From Phycisphaerae bacterium (GTDB lineage: Bacteria > Planctomycetota > Phycisphaerae > FEN-1346): DNA of 60,718 nucleotides. A program made the translations under genes and the position numbers. Of the stretch, positions 25,790 through 35,096 are shown one piece after another (position 1 is the stretch's first letter; each line of letters opens with the position of its first letter). Where the stretch lies: the NCBI GenBank assembly GCA_035527275.1, contig DATLBA010000004.1, forward strand, positions 1-60,718. Direction: 5' to 3'. The notes under the pieces are model-generated. The model worked only from the letters and a program-made list of their open reading frames with translations, was not told the DNA's origin and did not search any database.

Positions 25790-26725
25790 ATGGCCATGAG
25801 CACGTTTCGGGGGCGTGTCAGACTGCTTCGTCTTCCGCTTTTTGTCACGGCCGTCGCCGACGCCGCGGCCGGCTACACCGTGGCGCTCCTGTCGGTGGGC
25901 AATCTCGCCGCATTCGACTGGGGGCTCGTGGGGGTTATCGCCGGCACGTCCACCGGCCTATACCTGTTCGGCATGGTGGAAAACGACCTGGTGGACGTGA
26001 GCCGGGATCGTCTCCTCGGCGCTGCGCGCCCCCTTGTGACAGGCGAAGCCGGAGTCGGCACCGCCGTGTTCTTCCTGGTCTTGACGCTGGTTTTAGCGGG
26101 CGCTTGCACCCTGTATCTGCCCGGTCCGGCGATCCTTTTGGCCATCGCGACCTTCGCCGCCATCAACTTTTACAACATGGGTGGGAAGCGCGGGCCTGCT
26201 TATGTCGCGATGATTGTCATGGGTCTGTGCCGTTTGCTGAACTTCGGGATCGGCGTCGCTGCTGCGGTCGGTATCCCCCGCGGCCGGATCGATTGGGAAC
26301 TGATGCTGCCGACCGGGCCGCTGTGGATCCGGCACGGGCTGGTGCTGTTCTTCGCGGCGGCGATGGTCACCGGCTACAGCATCGCGTCAAGGCGCGGCTA
26401 CAGGGTTTCCAGCCGGCCGTGGCAGGCCGTGTTGGTCTTGACCCTGGTGGGGGGTGTGGGTTTATGGGTCTGTGCCCCGATGCTCGCGTCGCTTGCCCAG
26501 GTTCCCGGCGATGGGTCCGTCGGCGCGGGCGTGCACGTCGTGCCTCCTTTGGCGCGGGTCTTGGCGCTGCTGGTCTTGGTGGCTCTGTGGCCGGGAAGGT
26601 TGTGGTCCGCCGCCGGACCCGAGCGCAAACCCGCCGAGTATTCCCCGTTCATCGAACGGACGCTCTACTGGCTGATCCTGCTGGATGTTGCTTTTGTTCT
26701 CGATGGACTGCTGATGCAGGGCTAG
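25790..26725 (+). CDS. UbiA-family prenyltransferase
   Basis: YLFGMVENDLVDVSRDRLLGAARPLVTG (NDxxDxxxD + RP), YNMGGK (YxxxxK), MGLCRLLN; multi-TM. Confidence 0.8.
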   Translation: MAMSTFRGRVRLLRLPLFVTAVADAAAGYTVALLSVGNLAAFDWGLVGVIAGTSTGLYLFGMVENDLVDVSRDRLLGAARPLVTGEAGVGTAVFFLVLTLVLAGACTLYLPGPAILLAIATFAAINFYNMGGKRGPAYVAMIVMGLCRLLNFGIGVAAAVGIPRGRIDWELMLPTGPLWIRHGLVLFFAAAMVTGYSIASRRGYRVSSRPWQAVLVLTLVGGVGLWVCAPMLASLAQVPGDGSVGAGVHVVPPLARVLALLVLVALWPGRLWSAAGPERKPAEYSPFIERTLYWLILLDVAFVLDGLLMQG

Positions 26726-28023
26726 GGCGCCGACGGCGTCTCGTGCGAAAACTCATACAGGCGCACCAGCGGCAGTCTGAGAACCACCTCCCACTGGCCA
26801 TCCTCGGTCAGGCGGCTGAGTGTCGTCTCGGCGCTCCGCAGAAAGGTCCGGACGTCTTCCTTGAACGCGGGATCTTTCAAGGCGCGCCGGCGAACGGTTT
26901 GCCCGTCGTCGAGTGTGACCTGGTCGAGGCGTTTGGCGAGTTCGGCTGCCGCCCGTGCCTTGGCCGACCGCGCAGCCAGGAGGCGCGCCTGACCTTCATC
27001 TTCAAGTTGCTCAGGCGGCCGCACTACGCCGCGCGCTTCCAGGACGCCGGCCGCCCAATCGGGCAAGGGAGCCGGGGCGGTCTGCTCCGCAGGACGCACA
27101 AACATCGGCGCCGGCACGCCGTAACCTGTCACCGTCACGCAATCCGTCTTCAAGCGAACGGACAGGCCGTCGATGTTCTCCTCGCGCCAGCCCTCGTCCC
27201 CCGGGCCCATGGTGCAAGTCTCCTTAAGCATCTCAATTATGTCGCGGACCAGCGTCGCCACCCGGACTTCACAAATGCCGTCCGGCATCATGCGGGGCGG
27301 ACCGGCCGGCGGCAGGTGGCGAACGAAGATGTCCAGGCGGGCACGCCGCTCGGAATCCGTCCCAATCAGATCGCCAATTGTGTGGGCCGGGGTCACACGA
27401 ATGGCCTCCAGCCGCGCTCGCATCGCGCCGTAGGCCCGGATGCGGGCGTCGCGCGCGGCCTGGATGCGGCCCGAGGCCCGCACGCGTTCCCATCCCACGG
27501 GAAACATCTCGGGAAGGGTGTCCGGCATCGCGGCTTCGATCCGCCCGACCGCCTCGGGCGACAGGCCTTCCGGCGCACGGCCGCGCCCACTGACACGCAG
27601 GCGCCCGTCCACGGCCCGGTCGCGCAAATCCTCGAGCGCGAAGGGCTCGCCTTCCGGATGCGGGCAGAGGGTGTTCACAGTCCGGATGAGCGCTTCAACG
27701 GAAATCTCAAGGTCCACCTCCGTCACGCCGTCGGAGTAGCATCGCGGCTCGCCGACCGGCCGGGCCGAGCGAAGGAAAAGGCGGAGTTGGATGGACCCCT
27801 CGGCCGTCCGCTCGAGGGCCTCAGCAACTGTCACGTTCTCAGAAAGGCAGGCCGCGCGCACCAGGTCGGCCAGGCGGTTCAGCGCGTCAACCTGAGCCAC
27901 GCGAAAGGAGACGATCTTTTTCTGCCCCTCGGTGTATTCCTGGGCTGGCGCCTGAGTGGAGACCAGCACAACGGCCGCCGACATCGCCAGGAAAAGGAGA
28001 CAGTGTCTGCTCACGTATCTCAT
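26722..28023 (-). CDS. Exported protein with three LPP20-like repeats
   Basis: Signal peptide, then three segments A(Q)xxA..xL followed by beta-strand VxL/V motifs. Start ATG 28023. Confidence 0.65.
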   Translation of the reverse strand: MRYVSRHCLLFLAMSAAVVLVSTQAPAQEYTEGQKKIVSFRVAQVDALNRLADLVRAACLSENVTVAEALERTAEGSIQLRLFLRSARPVGEPRCYSDGVTEVDLEISVEALIRTVNTLCPHPEGEPFALEDLRDRAVDGRLRVSGRGRAPEGLSPEAVGRIEAAMPDTLPEMFPVGWERVRASGRIQAARDARIRAYGAMRARLEAIRVTPAHTIGDLIGTDSERRARLDIFVRHLPPAGPPRMMPDGICEVRVATLVRDIIEMLKETCTMGPGDEGWREENIDGLSVRLKTDCVTVTGYGVPAPMFVRPAEQTAPAPLPDWAAGVLEARGVVRPPEQLEDEGQARLLAARSAKARAAAELAKRLDQVTLDDGQTVRRRALKDPAFKEDVRTFLRSAETTLSRLTEDGQWEVVLRLPLVRLYEFSHETPSAP

Positions 28024-28119
28024 CGCAGGGCCTCTTTCTGATGGTCGCCTCCGGGTCCTTGGGGCTCGGTCATTGCCCGAATGGCTCCGGCATGAATTTC
28101 CCTTAGGCGGCATTTTACA

Positions 28120-29241
28120 TCAGGCTTTTTTCCGGGGGCGCCTTTTCTGTTTTGCGGCCTTGGGGCTCGGCTCGGTCTTCAACTTGACCTCAGCGCCACC
28201 CTTTGCGTGTGAGCGGTAAATGCCGTCCAGGATCGCCGTGACCTGCAGCGTCTCCTCCGGCGGAACGGGGACGGGCTTGTTTTTTTCGATGGCCTCGATG
28301 AAAGCGATGATCGCCGCACCGTGGGCCTTCGGTTTCTCGAAGTCCTCGAGTTGGCTGACCCGGATGATTCCGTGCTCTTGGGTCATGACCTTGCCCTCCT
28401 GGACGTCGACGCCGCCCCGCGTGCCGCAGATCATCACCTTGTGGATGTCGCCCTCGACCATATTAAGGAGAAACGACGTCTCCAGGACCAGCACGGCGCC
28501 ATTTTCGAAGCGAACGAGGCCGACAGCGAAGTCTTCGACATTGAACTCCTTGCCGTCGCGCTTCCAGTTGCCCCAGCCGGGCTGATTGGCGACGTGCTTG
28601 AGGTTCGCAAGTTTCGTCGGCGCCGTGCCGCAGACCGACACCGGCGTCGGAAACCCCATCATCCAAAGCGTCAGGTCGAGGACGTGGACGCCGAGGTCGA
28701 TGAGCGGCCCGCCGCCGGAGAGTTCCTTCTTGAGGAACCCGCCCCATCCGGGGGCGCCGCGCCGGCGGAGCATGCTGGCCCGGGCGTAATAAAAGTCGCC
28801 GAGCATCCCGGCGTCGATATATCTCTTGAGCGCCTGGTTCTTGCCCTCGAAGCGCATGTGCTGGCCGGTCATGAGTTTTTTGCCGGCTTTGTCGCGAGCC
28901 TCAATGAGTTGGCGCACCGCACCGGGGGTCGGCGCAAGCGGTTTCTCGCAATAGACGTGGCAGCCGGCCTTGAATCCTGCGAGGGCGGCCGGGGCGTGAA
29001 ACATGTTTGGCGTCGCGACGTCCACGACGTCGAGGTCCACCGCCCGGAACATCTTCCTGTAGTCCTCGAAGACGTTCGGGATGCCCTGCTCCTCGGCCAG
29101 GCTCTCGGCCGCCTCGCGGCGGATGTCGCACGCGGCGACCAGTTCCACACGCCCCTGGTCCCGCAGGGCGGTCCACCCGTTCATGTGGGCCCAGCGCATG
29201 ATGCCCCCGGTTCCAATCAGCCCGATTCGAAACGGCCTCAC
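28120..29241 (-). CDS. Gfo/Idh/MocA family oxidoreductase
   Basis: RIGLIGTGGI, VATPNMFHAP, YCEKP, GGGPLIDLGVHVLD. SD GGAAAGGGG precedes GTG 29241. Confidence 0.92.
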   Translation of the reverse strand: MRPFRIGLIGTGGIMRWAHMNGWTALRDQGRVELVAACDIRREAAESLAEEQGIPNVFEDYRKMFRAVDLDVVDVATPNMFHAPAALAGFKAGCHVYCEKPLAPTPGAVRQLIEARDKAGKKLMTGQHMRFEGKNQALKRYIDAGMLGDFYYARASMLRRRGAPGWGGFLKKELSGGGPLIDLGVHVLDLTLWMMGFPTPVSVCGTAPTKLANLKHVANQPGWGNWKRDGKEFNVEDFAVGLVRFENGAVLVLETSFLLNMVEGDIHKVMICGTRGGVDVQEGKVMTQEHGIIRVSQLEDFEKPKAHGAAIIAFIEAIEKNKPVPVPPEETLQVTAILDGIYRSHAKGGAEVKLKTEPSPKAAKQKRRPRKKA

Positions 29242-29258
29242 AGCGTCCCCTTTCCGTG

Positions 29259-29499
29259 TCACGTGACGTCGAGGGTGCCGACGAGGTCGCGCGGGCTCCC
29301 GCAGCCCAACCTCCGAAGCGCCTCACCCAACCCCTCGACCAGTTCTCTTCCTGTTTCCGGATTGATGAAGTTCACCGTTCCGACGGCGACGCAGGTCGCC
29401 CCCGCGCGGAGGAACTCCAAGACGTCCTCGACGAACTGGATGCCGCCGAGACCCATGATCGCGATGCCGCGCGGCCCCGCGACCTCTTCCCACACGCGG
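29259..29499 (-). pseudogene. 3' remnant of pyrD (direct repeat)
   Basis: 29272-29499 aligns without gaps to 30749-30976 (offset 1477). Confidence 0.88.
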
Positions 29500-29577
29500 T
29501 TAACATACCTCATCGCGACGATCTCCCGCGCGTCTCGACACGGGACCGGCGTCGGCCACCGTTTCATCGTGCGCGGC

Positions 29578-30657
29578 TCACACTGCGCCCTGGATGGCCG
29601 CCTCCAGGTCCTCAAGTTCCTCCGTCCCGAGGTGAACGCGGATCGTCACACCCGCCTCGAACGATTCGCCCGGCGCCAGCAGCGGCATCAGGCCTCGCTT
29701 GCGAAGTTCGGCTCGCGGCAGCAAGGGCGCGTTACACGGCTCAATGCCCAGGACGTAGGTCCCCTGGCCTATCATCTTCCATTGGGTTAGATAGCCAAGA
29801 GTCGCCTTGGGCCACTCGAGCGAGATAGCGAAGCCGGCGTCGAGTCCCGGATTCACCAAGGCCGCGCGGCACAGGCCGTCGGCCCCCGCAATCGGCTCGA
29901 TTCCGTACACCTGCTCCTTGAAGCCAGGCGTCGGCGGGCCCATTCGGGTATGGCTGTCGAGCCCAGAGGCGGCGTGGTCGGTAAGCGGCGTCACCGATTC
30001 GGCGTGGACCAGCATGCGGCTCTCCTCAGACACCAAAGGCCAGCCCAGGTTCACGTGATACAAGAGCATCGCCGTGCTCTCTTCGTATCCGACGTTGGTG
30101 ACGCGATCGGCGATGGCAATGGCCCGCGACCCCATCACGGTCGAGATCGTCCGTTCCAGGACAAGGGTCGGCTTGAAGACCTGGGCCTCCGTCATTCGGC
30201 CGCGGATACGGATACGGTACTCGTCGCCTTCCCAGTGGCGCTCGACCCCCCCTTCGGTCGCCGAGAGGTGGGCCGCCCGCCCGTGCAGGCCCCACGACTC
30301 GTCCGCCTCGGTGTCCGGGAACCCAAAATGCCGCAGCCCGCACGTCGTCAGGAGCCCCGCGTAGAACGACCGCAGCCAACCCAGCCCGTCCGGCTCATAG
30401 CGCTCCGGCCGCACAGGCCCCGTGCTGGATTCCCAAGCGAACGCGCGCCCCGCAAACCGAGCGGCGCCGATATCCAGACACCGGTCTGGAAGAACCGTGA
30501 ACTGAAGGCCCGAACCGGTCCAGACGTCGATGCCGCGCATCCCGCGCGCGGGGCCGTCGTCGAAGACAAACGCCCGCGCGCCGGCCACCTGATCCATCCG
30601 ACCGACGCGCTCCGTCAACTCGGCACGACTTAGCGACCGGCCAAAAAGATTTGCCAT
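29578..30657 (-). CDS. DUF4432 / aldose 1-epimerase-like (galactose mutarotase fold) protein
   Basis: GLQFTVLPDRCLDIG, LLTTCGLRHFG, GLHGR, LLYHVNLG, YVLGIEP. Confidence 0.85.
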   Translation of the reverse strand: MANLFGRSLSRAELTERVGRMDQVAGARAFVFDDGPARGMRGIDVWTGSGLQFTVLPDRCLDIGAARFAGRAFAWESSTGPVRPERYEPDGLGWLRSFYAGLLTTCGLRHFGFPDTEADESWGLHGRAAHLSATEGGVERHWEGDEYRIRIRGRMTEAQVFKPTLVLERTISTVMGSRAIAIADRVTNVGYEESTAMLLYHVNLGWPLVSEESRMLVHAESVTPLTDHAASGLDSHTRMGPPTPGFKEQVYGIEPIAGADGLCRAALVNPGLDAGFAISLEWPKATLGYLTQWKMIGQGTYVLGIEPCNAPLLPRAELRKRGLMPLLAPGESFEAGVTIRVHLGTEELEDLEAAIQGAV

Positions 30658-30726
30658 CGCCATACTCCCATCCTCGGTCCATGTCGGCCTGCTGGGCCAG
30701 GGGGGACCGCTAACGCGGTCACCCGC

Positions 30727-31674
30727 CTACGTCTTTCCCCCGGCCTCCAGGGCGCCGACGAGGTCGCGCGGGCTGCGGCAGCCCAGCTTCCGAAGCGCCT
30801 CACCCAGCCCCTCGACCAGTTCTCTTCCTGTTTCCGGATTGATGAAGTTCGCCGTTCCGACGGCGACGCAGGTCGCCCCCGCGCGGAGGAACTCCAAGAC
30901 GTCCTCGACGAACTGGATGCCGCCGAGACCCATGATCGCGACGCCGCGCGGCCCCGCGACCTCTTCCCACACGCGGCGAACCATGTAGAGGGCAACCGGC
31001 TTAATGGCCGGGCCCGACAGGCCGCCCGTCACGTTGGTCAGCACCGGGCGCCCGGTCCACGGATCAACCGCGAGCCCGCGCAGCGTGTTGATGAGGCTGA
31101 GGGCGTCGGCGCCCGCGTCCACTGCCGCGCGGGCCATGGACGCAATATCCGTCACGTTCGGGCTAAGTTTCACGATGAGCGTGGCGCGCGAGACCTCCTG
31201 CCGCGCCGCTTCCACGAGCCCGGCCAGAAGGCGGGCGTCCACGCCGAATTCCATCCCACCCTTTTCGACGTTCGGGCACGAGACGTTCAGTTCAATCCCG
31301 GCGACGTCCGTAGCGGCGTCCAGCGCGCGGGCCGCCTCCACGTATTCTTCCTGCGTCGAGCCGGCTACGCTGACAATCACCGGGACGTCGTATTGTGCGA
31401 GGGCCGGCAGTTTTTCGTTCAGGAACGCTTCCAGGCCGACGTTCGCCAGGCCGATGGCGTTGAGCATCCCGGCCCGCGTTTCCGCCAGTCGCGGAGGCGG
31501 GTGGCCCTCACAGGGCGCGAGGGTGATGGATTTTGTGACAATCGCCCCCAGAATCGACGGGTCGAAGAACGCCGCAAGTTCCTCGCCATACCCCGAGCAG
31601 CCGGAGGCCGTCGCAATCGGATTCTTCATCCGAATCCTGCCGACCGTCACGCTGAGGTCCACCTTATCGCTCAT
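30727..31674 (-). CDS. pyrD: Dihydroorotate dehydrogenase (family 1B) catalytic subunit
   Basis: KNPIATASG, TKSIT, GMLNAIGLAN, IELNVSCPN, VKLSPN, GGLSGPAIKP, GLGGI, VGTANF. Confidence 0.95.
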   Translation of the reverse strand: MSDKVDLSVTVGRIRMKNPIATASGCSGYGEELAAFFDPSILGAIVTKSITLAPCEGHPPPRLAETRAGMLNAIGLANVGLEAFLNEKLPALAQYDVPVIVSVAGSTQEEYVEAARALDAATDVAGIELNVSCPNVEKGGMEFGVDARLLAGLVEAARQEVSRATLIVKLSPNVTDIASMARAAVDAGADALSLINTLRGLAVDPWTGRPVLTNVTGGLSGPAIKPVALYMVRRVWEEVAGPRGVAIMGLGGIQFVEDVLEFLRAGATCVAVGTANFINPETGRELVEGLGEALRKLGCRSPRDLVGALEAGGKT

Positions 31675-32669
31675 GTTTCGTCCCAGATCATTTCGCGTGC
31701 GTCCACCACAGGTCCGTCGCGGCAGGTAAGAAAGTAAGTCCATCCCTTGTTGCTCGCGGGGTCACGCCGCTTGGCCACACAGGACAGGCACACGCCGACA
31801 CCGCAGCCCATGTATCGCTCGAGCGAAACTTGGCAGGGCAGGTCATGGGCCTCGGCCAGTTTCGCCAGGGCCTTCAGCATCGGCTCCGGCCCACAGCCGT
31901 ACAGGGCCGGCGGCCGGCCGTTCCACCCCTCGCCAAGCCAAGTCTCGAGTGCCGCCGTCACCGGCCCGCCAAACCCCGCGCTGCCGTCGTCGGTCGCAAG
32001 AACGGTCGGAATGCCGGCGGCGGCGAATTCCTCGATGGCCTCGGTCGCTTCCGGCCGGTCGCGCGTGGCGGCCGGCGGCGTGCGAAAGGTGACCGGCATA
32101 GCCGCGGCAGTCGGGCAACCGAAAAACGATAGGCATGGTTTGCCGAGGGCCGCCAGGCGGTCGGCCAGGCCGAGAATCGGCGCAAGGCCGCATCCGCCGC
32201 TCACGAGCACGCATAGCCGCTCGTCCGTCGGCGGCGTAAAGTAAGTACCCAGCGGCCCGACGACGTCCAGCGCAGCGCCGACCGGCTGCTCCTGTAGGAA
32301 TCGCGAGCCCGCGCCCCGGCGCTGAACCAGCAAAATCAGCCGCACCCGGTCGCCTTCTCGCCGTATGCGCGAGATGCTATAAGGGCGGCGCACAATCGGA
32401 CCCGGCTGGGCAAGTTCCAGGCCTTCCGTCCGCGGCCAGACGCTTTCGCCGTCGAGGACGCGGCCGTCCGTAGCGGCGGGTGCGTGCTCGTCAGGCATGC
32501 AAAGGACGTTGACGAACTGGCCGGGCAGACTTCGCCAGTCGGCGGGAGCCTCCAGGGTCAGCCAGACGAACTCACGTCCCGCGTGGCGGCGGTCCAAAAC
32601 CGGCAACTTGAGCCGCCGCGCCGGCAAGACGTTCACGTTACCTGTGGCCGCATCGGCCTTCATGCGCAC
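31671..32669 (-). CDS. pyrK: Dihydroorotate dehydrogenase electron-transfer subunit
   Basis: PGQFVN, RRPYS, VGPLG, GGCGLAP, YGCGP, MGCGVGVCLSC, CRDGPV. Confidence 0.9.
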   Translation of the reverse strand: MRMKADAATGNVNVLPARRLKLPVLDRRHAGREFVWLTLEAPADWRSLPGQFVNVLCMPDEHAPAATDGRVLDGESVWPRTEGLELAQPGPIVRRPYSISRIRREGDRVRLILLVQRRGAGSRFLQEQPVGAALDVVGPLGTYFTPPTDERLCVLVSGGCGLAPILGLADRLAALGKPCLSFFGCPTAAAMPVTFRTPPAATRDRPEATEAIEEFAAAGIPTVLATDDGSAGFGGPVTAALETWLGEGWNGRPPALYGCGPEPMLKALAKLAEAHDLPCQVSLERYMGCGVGVCLSCVAKRRDPASNKGWTYFLTCRDGPVVDAREMIWDET

Positions 32670-32780
32670 TTACCTTAACACCGCCCTGGCACTTGTGCGC
32701 ACGGATTATGCGTTGCGTGGCGGGCGATTCAAGCCTTTTCCCCGTGGAGCCGCGAATCGCACAGGCGCGGTGGCCCGTAT

Positions 32781-33015
32781 GGGTGTGACTCTTTTTCTGG
32801 CGGCGATCTGCCGTCACTGGTTTGAGGCGGCTTCCAGCCGCCTTGCCGCCGCGGAGCGGCGAATAGGCCGGGGCCTTTGGCCCCGGCTTTTCGGGGCGAG
32901 AGACCCGTCTTCTTTTTTCCCGCCGTGGCCCGCCTGCGGCGGGCAAAGGCCCATAAAATGGGCCTCAGCAAGCCTGCCATAATCCGTGGTCACACCGACC
33001 GGATGGTGTGTGACC
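32781..33015. repeat. Array of short perfect hairpins between divergent pyrK and rimO
   Basis: AGGCGGCT-TCC-AGCCGCCT (32825-43), GCCGGGGCC-TTT-GGCCCCGGC+TTTT (32867-91), GCCCGCC-TGC-GGCGGGC (32928-44), AGGCCCAT-AAA-ATGGGCCT (32947-65), GGTCACAC-N12-GTGTGACC (32988-33015). Confidence 0.65.
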
Positions 33016-33060
33016 GTTTCTGCTTTACAGTTATGTGTCAGCGGGCTAGATTGCGTCGCC

Positions 33061-34434
33061 ATGAATGCGCCGGACCAGCCGACGGTCGCGCTTGTCAGCC
33101 TCGGATGCCCGAAGAATCTCGTGGACTCCGAGCGGATGTTGGCCGCCCTTGCGCTCGACGGTTTTATCGTGACCGACTCGCCGGACGGCGCGGACGTGGC
33201 GGTGGTCAACACGTGCGCGTTTATCGACCTAGCCCGGGCGGAAACGGATGCCTGCGTTGACGAACTCGAGGCGCTCAAGCGTGCTGGCCGCCTGAAGCGC
33301 ATCATCGTGGCGGGGTGCATGGCCCAGCGATACGGCGCGGAGGTTCTCGAACGGCATCCGAGGGTGGATGCGGTGGTCGGTCTTGCGGAGCGAGATCGTT
33401 TGGCGGCGGCGGTGCGGGCAGCACTGGGGCGCCGGGGCCGGAAAGGGCCCCTCGTTCGCGTCGGACCGCACGCTCCGACGGCGCCCGACGACCGCGAACG
33501 CCTGCGCCTGACGCCGCGCCATTATGCCTATTTGCGCATCAGCGAGGGGTGCGACAACCGCTGCGCCTACTGTGCGATTCCGGACATCCGCGGGCCGCTG
33601 CGGAGCAAGCCGCCGGAAGCGGTCCTGGCCGAGGCGCAGGAACTCGTGGCCGACGGGGCCAAGGAACTCATCCTCATCGGCCAGGACACGACGGCCTACG
33701 GGCGCGACCTTCCGGGTGGCTGGACGCTGGCGCGGCTTCTCGCGGAACTGCGCGACCGTGCGGGCGCCGAGTGGATTCGCCTCATGTACACGCATCCGGC
33801 GTCGTTCAGCGAAGAGGTTATCGCGGAACTGGGGCGCGGCCTGCCGGTGGCGCCATACGTGGACCTGCCGCTTCAGCACGTCAACTCGGCGATTCTTCGG
33901 AGCATGGGCCGGGGCGTGGCACGACCCGAGATCGAGCGGCTCATTGGGAGGCTCCGCGAAGCCGCACCGGACCTTGCGATCCGCACGACGTTCATCGTCG
34001 GCTATCCTGGAGAGACGGAGGAAGCGTTTGAGGAACTCGTCTCGTTTGTCGAGAAAGTTCGCTTTGACCACGTGGGGGTATTTTTGTACAGTCCTGAGGC
34101 CGGGACGCGGGCGGCCGAGTTGCCGCATCAGGTGCCGCAGTCCGGCCGGCGGGCGCGGTGGGAGCGACTGATGTGCGTGTGCGAGCGACTGGCGCACGAT
34201 GCGGCCGCGAGAGACGTGGGCCGCACCATGCGCGTCCGTGTGGACGGACGGGCCCCCGTGCCCGGTCGCCTGGCGGCAAGGCACGCGGGGCTTGCGCCCG
34301 AGGTGGACCCTGTGGTCCTGCTACCGGAGGGGGCAGCGGCAGTGGGCGAGACGGTGACGGTCCGAATCGTCGCCGCGGAAGGATACGATACGGTGGGCGA
34401 GGTGATTAGAGCCCCGAGCGGGGCGCAAGGTTAG
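33061..34434 (+). CDS. rimO: Ribosomal protein S12 methylthiotransferase
   Basis: SLGCPKNLVDSE, VNTCAFI, AGCMAQRY, ISEGCDNRCAYCAIP, DLPLQH, C-terminal TRAM domain (APEVD). Start ATG 33061. Confidence 0.95.
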   Translation: MNAPDQPTVALVSLGCPKNLVDSERMLAALALDGFIVTDSPDGADVAVVNTCAFIDLARAETDACVDELEALKRAGRLKRIIVAGCMAQRYGAEVLERHPRVDAVVGLAERDRLAAAVRAALGRRGRKGPLVRVGPHAPTAPDDRERLRLTPRHYAYLRISEGCDNRCAYCAIPDIRGPLRSKPPEAVLAEAQELVADGAKELILIGQDTTAYGRDLPGGWTLARLLAELRDRAGAEWIRLMYTHPASFSEEVIAELGRGLPVAPYVDLPLQHVNSAILRSMGRGVARPEIERLIGRLREAAPDLAIRTTFIVGYPGETEEAFEELVSFVEKVRFDHVGVFLYSPEAGTRAAELPHQVPQSGRRARWERLMCVCERLAHDAAARDVGRTMRVRVDGRAPVPGRLAARHAGLAPEVDPVVLLPEGAAAVGETVTVRIVAAEGYDTVGEVIRAPSGAQG

Positions 34435-34435
34435 G

Positions 34436-35065
34436 ATGAGCCGATACATTCCCAACCTGCTGACGGTCGGCCGGTTCTTCATGGCGATCGGCTTTTTCGT
34501 CGTGCTCGCCTTCTACGACGCCGAGGAGGCGGCCGGGTGGCCCGTGCTGGACATCGCCACCGTCATTTTTCTCGTGGCGGTGTTAACGGACGTGGTGGAT
34601 GGGTATCTTGCGCGGCGGCTGGGCCACGTGACGGCGTTCGGTCGGATCGCCGACCCCTTTGTGGACAAGATTATTATCTGCGGGGCGCTCGCCTACTTTA
34701 TCGGCGGCCAGTTCGTCCGCGTAGGGGAGGGCGGGGCGGCCGAGAATCTGACCGGCTGGGAACCGTGGATGGTCGTCGTGGTGCTGGCCCGGGAACTCCT
34801 GGTGACGGGGATGCGGAGTTTCAGCGAGTCGCACAAGGTCCCCTTTGCCGCCACGCTCAGCGGCAAGGTCAAGATGTTCATCCAGTGCGTGGCCGTGACG
34901 TGGGTCCTTGTCTATGTGGGCCATTACGCGGGCGACGCGAACCCGCCCACCTGGATGGTCGTCGGTCGGGACATCTCGATCTGGGCGGCCACGCTTTTCA
35001 CGGCCCTAAGCGGCCTCGTGTATATCAAGCGGGGCTACCACCTGCTGCGCATGGTGCCAGGCTAA
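34436..35065 (+). CDS. pgsA: CDP-diacylglycerol--glycerol-3-phosphate 3-phosphatidyltransferase
   Basis: PNLLTVGR, TDVVDGYLARRLGHVTAFGRIADPFVDK, GKVKM. rimO-pgsA synteny. Confidence 0.88.
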   Translation: MSRYIPNLLTVGRFFMAIGFFVVLAFYDAEEAAGWPVLDIATVIFLVAVLTDVVDGYLARRLGHVTAFGRIADPFVDKIIICGALAYFIGGQFVRVGEGGAAENLTGWEPWMVVVVLARELLVTGMRSFSESHKVPFAATLSGKVKMFIQCVAVTWVLVYVGHYAGDANPPTWMVVGRDISIWAATLFTALSGLVYIKRGYHLLRMVPG

Positions 35066-35096
35066 TCACGAATCCTGCGGATCGAAGGGCGGGAGG

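Noticed and set aside
25204-28041. 945-aa plus-strand ORF and other long ORFs (574..2118 -, 8032..9423 +, 10683..12221 -, 11797..13062 +, 28321..29790 +, 43827..45098 +)
   Set aside because: Antisense or off-frame shadows of well-supported genes, with no motifs. Such ORFs are expected at high GC.
29272-30976. Diversity-generating retroelement (TR/VR pair) as the explanation for the pyrD repeat, and likewise the lipoprotein and HD-GYP repeats
   Set aside because: In the pyrD stretch checked base by base, mismatches are G/C, T/C and G/A on the coding strand, not adenine-specific. The other pairs also look mixed. No reverse transcriptase is in the window.
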